From NCBI GenBank assembly GCA_023818695.1, contig JAMWCF010000001.1:147306-211305 (forward strand): a stretch of 64,000 nucleotides of DNA, written 5' to 3'. Below, one piece after another: positions 8,880-17,502 of this stretch. Position 1 is the stretch's first letter. Every line of letters begins with the position of its first letter. A program made the translations under genes and the position numbers. The notes beneath the pieces are model-generated. The model ran no database searches and had not been told where the DNA came from. It saw only the letters and a list, made by a program, of their open reading frames with translations. The stretch comes from Candidatus Omnitrophota bacterium (GTDB taxonomy: Bacteria; Omnitrophota; Gorgyraeia; 1-14-0-20-64-10).

Positions 8880-9648
8880 GAGGCACCTCCTGACGCTCCC
8901 CCTGCGTTTTCTCCTCGTACGGGGCGTATCCCTTCCGCTCGAGTTCCAGGGCCAGCTCTTTGCCGCCGGACTCGATGATCCGGCCGTTGATGAAGACGTG
9001 CACGACATCCGGCTGGATGTAGTTCAGGATCCGCTGGTAGTGGGTGATCAGCAGTACTCCAAGCGCCGGTCCCCGCATCCGGTTGATCCCCTCCGCTACG
9101 GTCCGCAGCGCATCGATATCAAGCCCCGAGTCGGTCTCGTCCAGCACCGCCAGCTCCGGCTTCAGCAGGGACATCTGGAGGATCTCATGCCGTTTTTTCT
9201 CGCCGCCTGAAAACCCGTCATTGACGGCTCTGGTAGCGAAGTCTTCTGGAATTTCCAGCGTGGCCATGGTGGCGGTCAGTTGTTTCCTGAATTCCTTCGG
9301 CTGGTATCCTTCGCCGAAGCGGGCCTTCATGGCGGTCCGCAGGAAATTCGCTACGCTGACTCCCGGGATGGCGGTGGGATATTGGAAAGCCAGAAAGATT
9401 CCCGCCCGGGCCCTAGCATCGGTTTTCAAGCCGGTGATATCCTCCCCTTTATAAAGGATCTGTCCTTTGGTCACCTGGTATTTTGGATGGCCCATCAGGA
9501 CGTGGGAAAGGGTTGATTTGCCGGAGCCGTTGGGTCCCATCAAGGCATGGACTTGCCCTTTCTCGATCGTCAAGGAGATTCCCTTGAGAATCGCTTTCTC
9601 CTCCACCGATACATGGAGATTTTTGATTTCAAGCAATGGCCCGCTCAT
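8863..9648 (-). CDS. sufC: Fe-S assembly ATPase SufC
   Basis: Walker [13 protein letters not shown] signature FSGGEKKR, Walker [16 protein letters not shown] 9648 forms an ATGA overlap with the regulator stop. Confidence 0.95.
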   Translation of the reverse strand: MSGPLLEIKNLHVSVEEKAILKGISLTIEKGQVHALMGPNGSGKSTLSHVLMGHPKYQVTKGQILYKGEDITGLKTDARARAGIFLAFQYPTAIPGVSVANFLRTAMKARFGEGYQPKEFRKQLTATMATLEIPEDFATRAVNDGFSGGEKKRHEILQMSLLKPELAVLDETDSGLDIDALRTVAEGINRMRGPALGVLLITHYQRILNYIQPDVVHVFINGRIIESGGKELALELERKGYAPYEEKTQGERQEVPHEAGH

Positions 9649-10076
9649 ATTTTGAATCCTTTCTCCGCCCCCAAAAGATCGGAAAGAAAAATGCCGTCCA
9701 GGAAATTTTCCATCACCCGCGTCAGCGAAGCCCACGCCGACCGGACGCAACAGTCGTTGATATGGACGCAGGAGGTCAGGTTGCCGGTGAACCGGTCGCA
9801 GATCTCCTGCGTGGAAGGAACCTTTCCCAGGGCCCTGACCACCGATCCCAAGGAGATCTCTTCCGGTTTGCGGGTCAGGTGGTACCCCCCCTTGGTCCCT
9901 CTGACCGACTGGGTCAGCCCCGCTTGGTTCAGATGCCGCAGGAGTTTTTCCACGTAAGCAGGGGAGAGCCCCTCTTTCTGGGCGATCTCTTTGACTGTGA
10001 CTCCGTTCTCCACTCCGTTTTTCGCCAGTTGGAGAAGGCAGCGTAGCCCGTATTCTTCCTGTGCCGTTATCTTCAT
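9645..10076 (-). CDS. Rrf2-family transcriptional regulator (IscR-like)
   Basis: N-terminal winged HTH ([29 protein letters not shown]) and a cysteine cluster C-x9-C-x5-CC. It is the first gene of the suf operon. Confidence 0.85.
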   Translation of the reverse strand: MKITAQEEYGLRCLLQLAKNGVENGVTVKEIAQKEGLSPAYVEKLLRHLNQAGLTQSVRGTKGGYHLTRKPEEISLGSVVRALGKVPSTQEICDRFTGNLTSCVHINDCCVRSAWASLTRVMENFLDGIFLSDLLGAEKGFKI

Positions 10077-10095
10077 GGGATCTTTTAAGGTACTA

Positions 10096-10119
10096 ATACA
10101 TGACTATTTTGTCAAGTAT
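10096..10119 (-). promoter_or_regulatory. candidate Rrf2/IscR operator: inverted repeat ATACTTGAC-N6-GTCATGTAT (minus-strand reading)
   Basis: 8 of 9 positions pair across a 6-nt spacer. It lies 20-43 nt upstream of the regulator ATG, inside a strikingly AT-rich spacer. The left half contains a TTGACA -35-like hexamer. Confidence 0.4.
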
Positions 10120-10197
10120 CTGCTTATCGTCATATCTACTATAAGGTTAGCATACTTAGGATTAAAATAGGATAAAAAAGTAATATTTAGTTAGTGC

Positions 10198-10226
10198 TTG
10201 CTTACTTGGATGCAATTTGGTAAATT
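10198..10226 (+). promoter_or_regulatory. candidate sigma70-type promoter for def (TTGCTT-17-TAAATT)
   Basis: The two hexamers are spaced 17 nt apart, about 24 nt upstream of the proposed def start. Confidence 0.3.
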
Positions 10227-10249
10227 ACAACGGCTTATGGAGTTTTGAA

Positions 10250-10780
10250 TTGATCCTTAAAGTCGCCCAATTAGGTCATCCTGTTCTCCGAAAGAAAGCG
10301 GAACCTGTTCCGCTGGAGAAGATCTCCTCTCCAAGAATCCAGGGGCTTATCCAGGATATGCTTGAAACGATGGAGGAGTATGACGGGATCGGGATAGCCG
10401 CCCCGCAGGTGCATGTATCGCTTCAACTGGCCTTGATCGGTTCACAGGGGTCACCCCGCTACCCCAAAGCCCCCAAAGTCCCTTTTACCGTCTTGATCAA
10501 TCCGAAGATCAAACCGGTTTCTTCCCATAAGGAGGTGGACTGGGAGGGTTGCCTGTCGGTGGAGGGGTTGAGAGGGCAGGTTCCGCGCTGGCGGTCTGTG
10601 GAGGTTGAGGGGTATAATGCCAAGGGTGAATGGTTCCGGTTCCGGGCGGACGGTTTTCATGCCCGGGTGGTTCAGCATGAATGGGATCATCTCCAGGGAC
10701 ATGTGTATTTGGACCGGATGCCGGATCTCACCACGCTGTGCTACATGAAAGAGTTCGCCCGCTACTGGGCGGATGATTAG
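10250..10780 (+). CDS. def: peptide deformylase
   Basis: Motifs GIGIAAPQ, EGCLS and HEWDHL. Start TTG 10250 lies 7 nt after GGAG and gives LILKVAQLGHPVLR; the track start TTG 10217 is possible. Confidence 0.9.
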   Translation: MILKVAQLGHPVLRKKAEPVPLEKISSPRIQGLIQDMLETMEEYDGIGIAAPQVHVSLQLALIGSQGSPRYPKAPKVPFTVLINPKIKPVSSHKEVDWEGCLSVEGLRGQVPRWRSVEVEGYNAKGEWFRFRADGFHARVVQHEWDHLQGHVYLDRMPDLTTLCYMKEFARYWADD

Positions 10781-10791
10781 GCAAGGGGAGC

Positions 10792-11202
10792 ATGGTCCGA
10801 GTAGAAAAACAGCTTTCGGTTTTTCTGGAAAACCGGCCCGGCGGTCTGGCCAAAATCTGCGGCACGCTGGCGGAGGCGGGGATCAATATCCTGGCGCTGA
10901 CGATCCATGACACGGTCGACCATGCCATCATCCGGCTTTTGTGCGACAGGCCTGTCAAGGCGCTGTTGATCCTGGAGCAGCTGGGGCTTTATATCCTGGA
11001 ATCGGACGTCATCGTCTATGAGCTGGAAAACAAACCGGGGGCTCTGGCAGAGGTGGCCAGGAAGCTGGCCCGTGCCGACATCAATATCGAGTACGCCTAC
11101 TGCAGCGCCGTTCCGGACCAGGGGACCGGTTGTTTGGTCATTCGGGCCGATGAAGCGGACCGGACCCTCGAACTTTTAAGCGAGAACGCCCCCTTCGGCT
11201 AA
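10792..11202 (+). CDS. tandem ACT-domain protein
   Basis: Two ACT-like repeats (LSVFLENRPGGLAKICGTLAEAGINI; ELENKPGALAEVARKLARADINI). AAGGGGAG lies upstream of the ATG. Confidence 0.75.
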   Translation: MVRVEKQLSVFLENRPGGLAKICGTLAEAGINILALTIHDTVDHAIIRLLCDRPVKALLILEQLGLYILESDVIVYELENKPGALAEVARKLARADINIEYAYCSAVPDQGTGCLVIRADEADRTLELLSENAPFG

Positions 11203-11214
11203 AAACCGGCGAAG

Positions 11215-12879
11215 ATGAGTCTGACGCTGATCGCCGTTGTCGTTCTGGCCTTGTTCCTTGCGGGATACCTCGGCTACAGTCGATTCCTCGCCAGGAAATT
11301 CTGTCTGGATGACGCACGTCCCACCCCTGCCGTTACCCAGTCCGATGGGGTCGATTTCGTGCCGGCGGGGGCCCCTTTCTTGCTGGGCCAGCATTTCTCG
11401 GCGATCGCCGCGGCCGGCCCGATTGTCGGCCCGATCCTGGCGGGGCTGGCGTTCGGCTGGCTTCCGGCCCTGCTTTGGATCGTGCTGGGTGCGATCTTCA
11501 TCGGGGCGGTGCACGATTTTTCCAGTCTGTTTGGGTCCGTCCGCCACAGGGCCCAATCGGTCGCCCAGATTGTTCAAGAGCATATCGGCCGCAGGGCCTA
11601 CCTGCTTTTTCTCCTCTTCATCTGGCTCTCTCTCGTGTACGTGATCACCGCATTCGCCGACCTGACCTCCAGTTCCTTCGCCGACCCTGTTTCCGGCGGA
11701 GGGGTGGCTTCCTCCTCGATCCTTTACCTGGCGCTGGCGGTTGCCATGGGGGTCTGCATGACCCGTTTCAACATGCGGCTGGGTCCGGCCACGGCTCTCT
11801 TCCTGCCGCTGCTGGCAATGGTGATTTGGGTGGGACCGGGGGTCCCGGTTGTCCTTCCGGCGGTGCAGGGGGTGAGGCCTGTCCTTTTGTGGGATGCTGT
11901 GGTGCTGGGGTACTGTTTCCTCGCCTCCATCCTGCCGGTTTGGATCCTTCTACAGCCGCGCGGCTACCTGGGAGGTGTGTTCCTTTACGTGTCGCTCATT
12001 GTCGGGATCCTGGGGCTGGCGATGGGTGCGGCGCCGGTTCGGTATCCGGCGTTCACCGGGTTCTCCAGCGCCACCGGGATGCCGTTGTTTCCGATCCTGT
12101 TCGTCACGGTCGCCTGCGGCGCCTGCTCCGGGTTCCATGGGCTGGTCTGCTCCGGCACGACCTCGAAGCAGGTGGCGAAAGAAGGGGACTGCCGTCTGAT
12201 CGGCTATGGCGGGATGCTGCTGGAAGGAGTGGTGGCCCTTATCGCGCTGGCCACAGTGATGATTCTCGCCCCTTCCGATCCGACCGCGCTCCTCTCGCCG
12301 GACCGGATTTACGCGCAGGGGCTGGCTTCTTTCGTTGAGAGGCTTGGGGTGGCGAAGGAGTTGGCCACCTCGTTTGTCCTGCTGGCGTTCGCGACCTTCA
12401 TCTTCGACACGCTGGATGTGGCCACCCGCCTGGGGCGCTACATCCTGCAGGAGATCTTCGGGTTCCAGGGGGAGCGGGGACGAAAGCGGGCCACCCTCCT
12501 GACCCTGGCGCTGCCCGCCTTTTTCGTGACGGTCACCGTCACCGATCCTTCCGGCAAGGTTGTGCCGGCATGGAAGGCCTTCTGGACCGTCTTCGGGACC
12601 TCCAACCAGCTGCTGGCGGCGCTGACCCTGCTGGGGTTGAGCGTCTGGCTCAAGAAGAGCGGCAAACCCTGGTGGTTTGCCGCGGTCCCGTGCCTCTTCA
12701 TGATGGCGACGACCCTGTGGGCGCTTGGGATTCTTTTAAACGGCTGGTGGAAGAAGTTGGCCGCCGGCGGGCCCATTGCCGATCCGACTGCCGTCGCTTC
12801 CTTATTGTTGATGGCCCTGGGGCTGGCCCTTCTCTGGGAAGGGTGGTGGGCCATCCGTTCGCCGGCTTCAGCCCGTTAA
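11215..12879 (+). CDS. cstA: carbon starvation protein CstA family transporter
   Basis: 554-aa polytopic protein with CstA-type N-terminal motifs (HFSAIAAAGPIVGPILA, GAIFIGAVHDF). Confidence 0.9.
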   Translation: MSLTLIAVVVLALFLAGYLGYSRFLARKFCLDDARPTPAVTQSDGVDFVPAGAPFLLGQHFSAIAAAGPIVGPILAGLAFGWLPALLWIVLGAIFIGAVHDFSSLFGSVRHRAQSVAQIVQEHIGRRAYLLFLLFIWLSLVYVITAFADLTSSSFADPVSGGGVASSSILYLALAVAMGVCMTRFNMRLGPATALFLPLLAMVIWVGPGVPVVLPAVQGVRPVLLWDAVVLGYCFLASILPVWILLQPRGYLGGVFLYVSLIVGILGLAMGAAPVRYPAFTGFSSATGMPLFPILFVTVACGACSGFHGLVCSGTTSKQVAKEGDCRLIGYGGMLLEGVVALIALATVMILAPSDPTALLSPDRIYAQGLASFVERLGVAKELATSFVLLAFATFIFDTLDVATRLGRYILQEIFGFQGERGRKRATLLTLALPAFFVTVTVTDPSGKVVPAWKAFWTVFGTSNQLLAALTLLGLSVWLKKSGKPWWFAAVPCLFMMATTLWALGILLNGWWKKLAAGGPIADPTAVASLLLMALGLALLWEGWWAIRSPASAR

Positions 12880-12907
12880 GCGCTCCTCCTGGTATTGTTC
12901 CGTCTCC

Positions 12908-14272
12908 ATGTTAGAATGGACGACTATGCGTACGTCCGACAAAAGATCTCCGGTCACGTTTCGGCGGACGGCGGCGTACAGAAAGGCCGTGGATCTGGTC
13001 AGGAAGCTCAAGGATGCCGGCCACGAGGCCCTGCTGGTAGGCGGTTGCGTCCGTGACCTGCTGATGGGGCGCTCCCCGAAAGATTTCGACATCGCCACCA
13101 GCGCCGTTCCGGAGCAGGTGGCGGCCCTCTTTCCCCGGATCATTCCCGTCGGGGTCCAGTTCGGGGTCCAGATTGTTGTCAGCGGCGGTTACTCCTTTGA
13201 AGTGGCCACCTTCCGGACCGATCTCTCTTACAAGGACGGCCGCCATCCGGAAGGAGTGCGCTTCTCCACGCCGGAGGAAGACGCCTTGAGGCGGGATTTC
13301 ACTGTCAACGGGATCTTTTTCGATCCGGTCGGACAGAAGGTGATCGATTACGTCGGTGGCCGGGCCGATCTGAAAAAGAAGCTGATCCGGGCGATCGGCA
13401 ACCCGGCGAAACGCTTTCAGGAGGACCGTTTGAGGATGCTCCGGGCGGTCCGCTTCGCCTCGGTCCTGGATTTCCGGATCGATCCGGCCACCTTCCGGGC
13501 GATCTGCCGGCTCGCCAGGGGGATCGGCGAGGTCAGTCGAGAGAGAGTTCGGGATGAGCTGGTCAAGCTTTTTACGGGACCGCACCCGGGCAGGGGGCTG
13601 TCCCTGCTGGATGAGAGCGGATTGCTTGCCGTCATCCTGCCGGAGGTGGCCAAGATGAAAGGGGTCCAGCAGCCGCCGGAGTTCCATCCGGAGGGGGACG
13701 TTTTCGTCCATACGCGAATTCTGCTGGACCGTCTGAAGAAGCCGTCGACGGTTTTGGCTTTCGCCGGCCTGCTGCACGATGTCGGCAAACCGCCGACGTT
13801 TCGGGTGGCCGACCGGATCCGCTTCGACGGCCACGACAGGGTGGGGGCGTCGATGGCCAAGCGGATCTGCCGGGAACTGCGCTTTTCCAACGCGGAAACC
13901 GAGGCGATCTCGGAAATCATCGGCGACCACATGAAGTTCAAGGATGTGCGCCGAATGCGGCTGTCCACCCTCAAGCGGTTCATGGCCCTTGGGACTTTTG
14001 AGGAGCAGCTGGCGATGCACCGTGCCGACTGCTTGGCCTCCCACGGTGATTTGAGCAACTGGAGGTTTTTGAGGAAGAAGCAAAAGGAGCTTTCTTCGGA
14101 AGAGCTCAAGCCGGAGCCGTTGATCAAAGGGGGCGATCTGCTGGAGATGGGATTCCCGGAGGGGCCTGCCATCGGGAAGATCTTGAAAGCGGTCGAGGAA
14201 AAGCAGCTGGAGGGGGATCTGAAATCGAAGGAATCGGCGTTGTCCTGGGTCCAGAAAGAGTTCCGGCGGTGA
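12908..14272 (+). CDS. cca: CCA-adding enzyme / poly(A) polymerase family with HD domain
   Basis: Nucleotidyltransferase motif LVGGCVRDLLMGRSPKDFDIAT and an HD motif LLHDVGKP. Confidence 0.8.
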   Translation: MLEWTTMRTSDKRSPVTFRRTAAYRKAVDLVRKLKDAGHEALLVGGCVRDLLMGRSPKDFDIATSAVPEQVAALFPRIIPVGVQFGVQIVVSGGYSFEVATFRTDLSYKDGRHPEGVRFSTPEEDALRRDFTVNGIFFDPVGQKVIDYVGGRADLKKKLIRAIGNPAKRFQEDRLRMLRAVRFASVLDFRIDPATFRAICRLARGIGEVSRERVRDELVKLFTGPHPGRGLSLLDESGLLAVILPEVAKMKGVQQPPEFHPEGDVFVHTRILLDRLKKPSTVLAFAGLLHDVGKPPTFRVADRIRFDGHDRVGASMAKRICRELRFSNAETEAISEIIGDHMKFKDVRRMRLSTLKRFMALGTFEEQLAMHRADCLASHGDLSNWRFLRKKQKELSSEELKPEPLIKGGDLLEMGFPEGPAIGKILKAVEEKQLEGDLKSKESALSWVQKEFRR

Positions 14273-15057
14273 AGCGGTGGTCTCCGATGCGCGAGAAACC
14301 GGCCTCCCCGGCGGAGGCGATTGCTTCCGTTTTCGCGTGGATCGGCATTTCAGCGGTGACCGTTTTCTGGGTGATCCCGATCGCTGTCGTCTTCCTTTTT
14401 CGCCGGTTTCTAGACCCGGACCTGCGCCTGGCGCATCATTTCGCCACCCGGTGTGGCAGGAACCTGATCGGGCTGGCGCCCGGTTCATCGGTCCAGGTTT
14501 TCGGTGAGGAGAATATTCCGGCTGACCGGCCGGCCATCTTGATGGCCAACCATTTGAGCTATGTGGACGTTCCTCTGCTGTGCTTCATCCGGCACCAGTT
14601 CAAATGGATGGCGGACGTCGGGCTTTTCAGCATTCCATTCTTCGGCTGGGCGATGCGGATGGCCGGCTATATTCCGGTCGACCGGGGCAACCCCCGGGCC
14701 GGGCTGCGCTCCCTGGAGCAGGCGAAGTTCTGGCTGTCCAAAGGGATCTCGATCTTCATCTTTCCGGAAGGGACCCGAAGCCAAACCGGCGTCTTTTCCA
14801 AATTTCAGACAGGGGGGTTCCGGCTGGCCGTCACCGCCGGGGTGCCGGTGGTTCCGGTGGTAGTGATCGGCACCCGGCAGCTTCTGCCGCGCAACAGCTG
14901 GATCTTCCGGTGGGGGATCAAACTGCAGATTCGGATCCTGGAGCCGGTTCTTCCCGACTCTTCCGATCCAAAGCAGGTCCGGGCCCTCTCGGCCCGGGTT
15001 CGGTCGAGCATGTTCCGCGCGTACCAGCAGCATCTCGGGGAGATCCGGGCTTCGTGA
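14269..15057 (+). CDS. plsC: 1-acyl-sn-glycerol-3-phosphate acyltransferase
   Basis: HX4D motif NHLSYVD and FPEGTRS. GTG 14269 forms a GTGA overlap with the cca stop; ATG 14287 is an alternative start. Confidence 0.85.
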   Translation: MKRWSPMREKPASPAEAIASVFAWIGISAVTVFWVIPIAVVFLFRRFLDPDLRLAHHFATRCGRNLIGLAPGSSVQVFGEENIPADRPAILMANHLSYVDVPLLCFIRHQFKWMADVGLFSIPFFGWAMRMAGYIPVDRGNPRAGLRSLEQAKFWLSKGISIFIFPEGTRSQTGVFSKFQTGGFRLAVTAGVPVVPVVVIGTRQLLPRNSWIFRWGIKLQIRILEPVLPDSSDPKQVRALSARVRSSMFRAYQQHLGEIRAS

Positions 15058-15380
15058 AGCGTTTCTGTCTCTTCCTGTGTTTGGGCGGGATTCTGTTCGT
15101 TGCCGGCACAGTGCAGGCCGCAGGAGAGAAAACCGGGGTGCTGATCATGGCCCACGGGGGGGCCGAACAGTGGAACCGTTTGGTTGAGGAGGCGGCGGCA
15201 ATGCAGCAGGGAATCGACCGCCTCCTGGGAAAGAAGGAGGTTTCAACCGTCGTGAGGAATTCTCCTGGCTGGAATGCCCGGCCCGTCAGGTCCGCATTCG
15301 GGAGGGGGTCCGGATCCGGATGCAGGGAGCACTGGACGATTCCCCTCTGGTGGCCGAAGTCCTCCTGGATCGGGTTTTGA
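15054..15380 (+). CDS. signal-peptide protein with a truncated CbiX-like first chelatase domain (possible 5' half of a disrupted gene)
   Basis: GTG 15054 forms a GTGA overlap with the plsC stop. The product begins VKRFCLFLCLGGILFVAGTVQAAG, then GVLIMAHGGAEQWN. The frame closes at 15380, 61 nt inside the next ORF. Confidence 0.4.
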   Translation: MKRFCLFLCLGGILFVAGTVQAAGEKTGVLIMAHGGAEQWNRLVEEAAAMQQGIDRLLGKKEVSTVVRNSPGWNARPVRSAFGRGSGSGCREHWTIPLWWPKSSWIGF

Positions 15381-15799
15381 AAATGAGCCGCAAGCCAGAG
15401 CGGGAGGCGGTGGTGTTGGTGGCTCACGGTCCGGAGTCGATGGAGGATAACGCCTCCTGGCTTGCCGTGATGCAGAGGCTGGGCGGCGCCATACAGACGA
15501 AGGGGAGGTTTTCAGAGCTGGCGCTGGCCACCTTGCAGGATGATGCGCCGCCGGAGATTCGGGAGCAGGCCACTCGGCCGATGCGCTGGCTGGTGCAGGA
15601 GTTAGGTCAGACGCGCAAGGTTTCGGTGGTTCCGCTGTTTCTTTCCCGGGGAGGGATCGAGGAAAAGATCGTACAGCGCCTGGAAGGTCTTTCTTGCGTC
15701 TTCAGCGGAGAAACGCTTCTGCCTCACCCGAAAATCTCAAAATGGATTCAGAAAGAAATCCAATCGGCCCTGACGGCGCTGGAGGGAGAGCCGCTGTGA
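15320..15799 (+). CDS. CbiX-like class II chelatase domain protein
   Basis: ALDDSPLVAEVLLDRV, then VVLVAHGPES...VSVVPLFLSRGG...LLPHPKI. It is in a different frame from 15054-15380. This frame is open back to 15188. Confidence 0.65.
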   Translation: MQGALDDSPLVAEVLLDRVLKMSRKPEREAVVLVAHGPESMEDNASWLAVMQRLGGAIQTKGRFSELALATLQDDAPPEIREQATRPMRWLVQELGQTRKVSVVPLFLSRGGIEEKIVQRLEGLSCVFSGETLLPHPKISKWIQKEIQSALTALEGEPL

Positions 15800-17025
15800 A
15801 GCGTCCTCCTTCGCTGGCGCTAATCTTTATTACCGTCTTCGTCCACCTGGTTGGTTTTGGAATCGTCATACCGGTTCTGCCTCTTTACGCCGACCGGTTT
15901 GGCGCCTCCGCTTTTCAGGCCGGGATGCTGCTGGCTTCCTATTCGGCGGCGCAAATCATGTTCGCCCCGATCCTGGGCAGGATTTCGGATAGGGTGGGGC
16001 GCAAGCCGGTTTTGATGGTCAGCATCCTGGGGACCGCCGTCGGTTTTTTCCTGATGGGGATGGCCGACTCTCTGCCGGTCCTGTTCTGGGGACGGATCCT
16101 GGACGGAGTGACCGGGGGCAACGTCTCCACGGCGCAGGCCTACATCGCCGACGTGACTCCGCTTGAAGACCGTTCGAAAAGAATGGGGCTGATCGGCGCG
16201 GCGTTCGGGCTTGGGTTTATCTTCGGCCCGGCACTGGGAGGAATTTTGAGCCACATCTCCATGGCGGCTCCATTTCTGTTTGCGGCCGGGATGGCCGTAT
16301 TGAATGCCCTTTTCGTGAAACTGTGGCTTCCGGAGAGTCTGCCCCCCTCCCGGCGGGTGACCGGTTCGGGGGAAGGGGTTCTTCCGGTCATTTTCCACTT
16401 GTGGAGGGTCCAGACCCTGAACCTTATCTTCGCGACCTATCTGGTGGTGACGATCGCCTTTTCCCTTCTGACGGCGACCTATCCCCTCTTCGCGCAGGAC
16501 CGTTTCTCCTGCACGGTCTCGCAGGTCGGCTACATCTTCGCCGGGTTGGGGTTGATGAGCGCTTTGATCCAGGGAGGCCTGCTTGGCTGGCTCGTCAAGG
16601 TTTTTGGGGACGCCGGGCTGGTCATGCTGGGGGCCGTCATTCTGGCGGCCGGGTTTTTCCTTCTGCCCCTGTCGGCAGGATATTTCTCGATGGTAGCCGC
16701 CACGGGGGTGGTTGCCCTGGGGCACAGTCTGGTGGCGGCTCCGCTCAACGGTTTGGCCTCCAAGACCGTCTCTCCGGGATCCCAGGGGCAGGTTTTGGGA
16801 GCAATGCAGGCGATTGCCTCCTTCGCCAGGATTGTCGGCCCCATAGCAGGCGGTGTCCTCTTTGATTTTGACGCAGCGCGCAACGGCGTTCATGTCGGTA
16901 TCTCCCCCTATTTCGCGGCGGGCGCAATGACTTTAGGCGCCTTCCTGCTTGCTTTTATGCTTCAGCGGTCGGTCCGAAGGGAGATGCAGCACGGCGTCTT
17001 GGGGCGGGGGTCTTATTTGCCATGA
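15796..17025 (+). CDS. MFS transporter (drug:H+ antiporter-like)
   Basis: 12-TM profile and motif A-like GRISDRVGRKPV. GTG 15796 forms a GTGA overlap with the upstream stop. Confidence 0.85.
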   Translation: MKRPPSLALIFITVFVHLVGFGIVIPVLPLYADRFGASAFQAGMLLASYSAAQIMFAPILGRISDRVGRKPVLMVSILGTAVGFFLMGMADSLPVLFWGRILDGVTGGNVSTAQAYIADVTPLEDRSKRMGLIGAAFGLGFIFGPALGGILSHISMAAPFLFAAGMAVLNALFVKLWLPESLPPSRRVTGSGEGVLPVIFHLWRVQTLNLIFATYLVVTIAFSLLTATYPLFAQDRFSCTVSQVGYIFAGLGLMSALIQGGLLGWLVKVFGDAGLVMLGAVILAAGFFLLPLSAGYFSMVAATGVVALGHSLVAAPLNGLASKTVSPGSQGQVLGAMQAIASFARIVGPIAGGVLFDFDAARNGVHVGISPYFAAGAMTLGAFLLAFMLQRSVRREMQHGVLGRGSYLP

Positions 17026-17501
17026 ATCCTGAAATCAGGCGGACGGTTCTTCGGAAGATCGTCCATGGCGTCTATGTGGCGGGGGTAAAAGATGACCAAC
17101 ACCTTAACGCCCTGACGGTGACCTGGATCTGTCAGGTCTCCTTCCAACCGCCGCTGGTGATGGTCGCCATCCGGAAAGATGGCGTCTCTTATGGTATGAT
17201 CCGGGCAGGGCGGGTTTTCACCTTGAACCTCCTGTCATCCGGCCAGAAGGAGCTGGCCCAGCATTTCCTGAAACCGGCCCACCTGGGCGCCGACAAGCTG
17301 GCGGGGATGAAGTACCGCCTGGGGAGGACAGGCGCCCCTATTCTGGAGGAGACGGCCGCTTATGTGGAATGCGAAGTCCGCAAGATTTACGATGACGCCG
17401 GAGACCACGCCCTGGTGGTGGGGGAGGTCATCGAGGCGGGGCTCCACAGGGATGTCGAGCCGCTGACGCTAAAGGAAACCGGATGGCACTACGGGGGATG
17501 A
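17022..17501 (+). CDS. flavin reductase-like FMN-binding split-barrel protein
   Basis: Flavin_Reduct-like translation (NALTVTWICQVSFQPPLVMVAI, FTLNLLSSGQKELAQHF). ATGA overlap with the MFS stop. Confidence 0.8.
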   Translation: MNPEIRRTVLRKIVHGVYVAGVKDDQHLNALTVTWICQVSFQPPLVMVAIRKDGVSYGMIRAGRVFTLNLLSSGQKELAQHFLKPAHLGADKLAGMKYRLGRTGAPILEETAAYVECEVRKIYDDAGDHALVVGEVIEAGLHRDVEPLTLKETGWHYGG

Positions 17502-17502
17502 G

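Noticed and set aside
12911-14488. A 525-aa minus-strand ORF antisense to the cca gene. Similar long antisense ORFs occur at 59267-60748, 40949-42145, 25628-26689, 17428-18450, 34242-35612, 6367-7434 and 15820-16893.
   Set aside because: Their translations are R/P/G/Q/H-rich and carry no recognisable motifs. The opposite strand encodes clearly recognisable proteins. Long stop-free antisense frames are expected in GC-rich DNA.
14269-15803. An identical 8-mer, GTGAAGCG, at three consecutive gene starts (14269, 15054, 15796), each overlapping the previous stop.
   Set aside because: The 8-mer is explained by a GTGA stop/start overlap plus the common Met-Lys-Arg N-terminus of membrane and exported proteins with GC-rich codon choice (AAG, CGN). 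There is no further sequence similarity around the sites.
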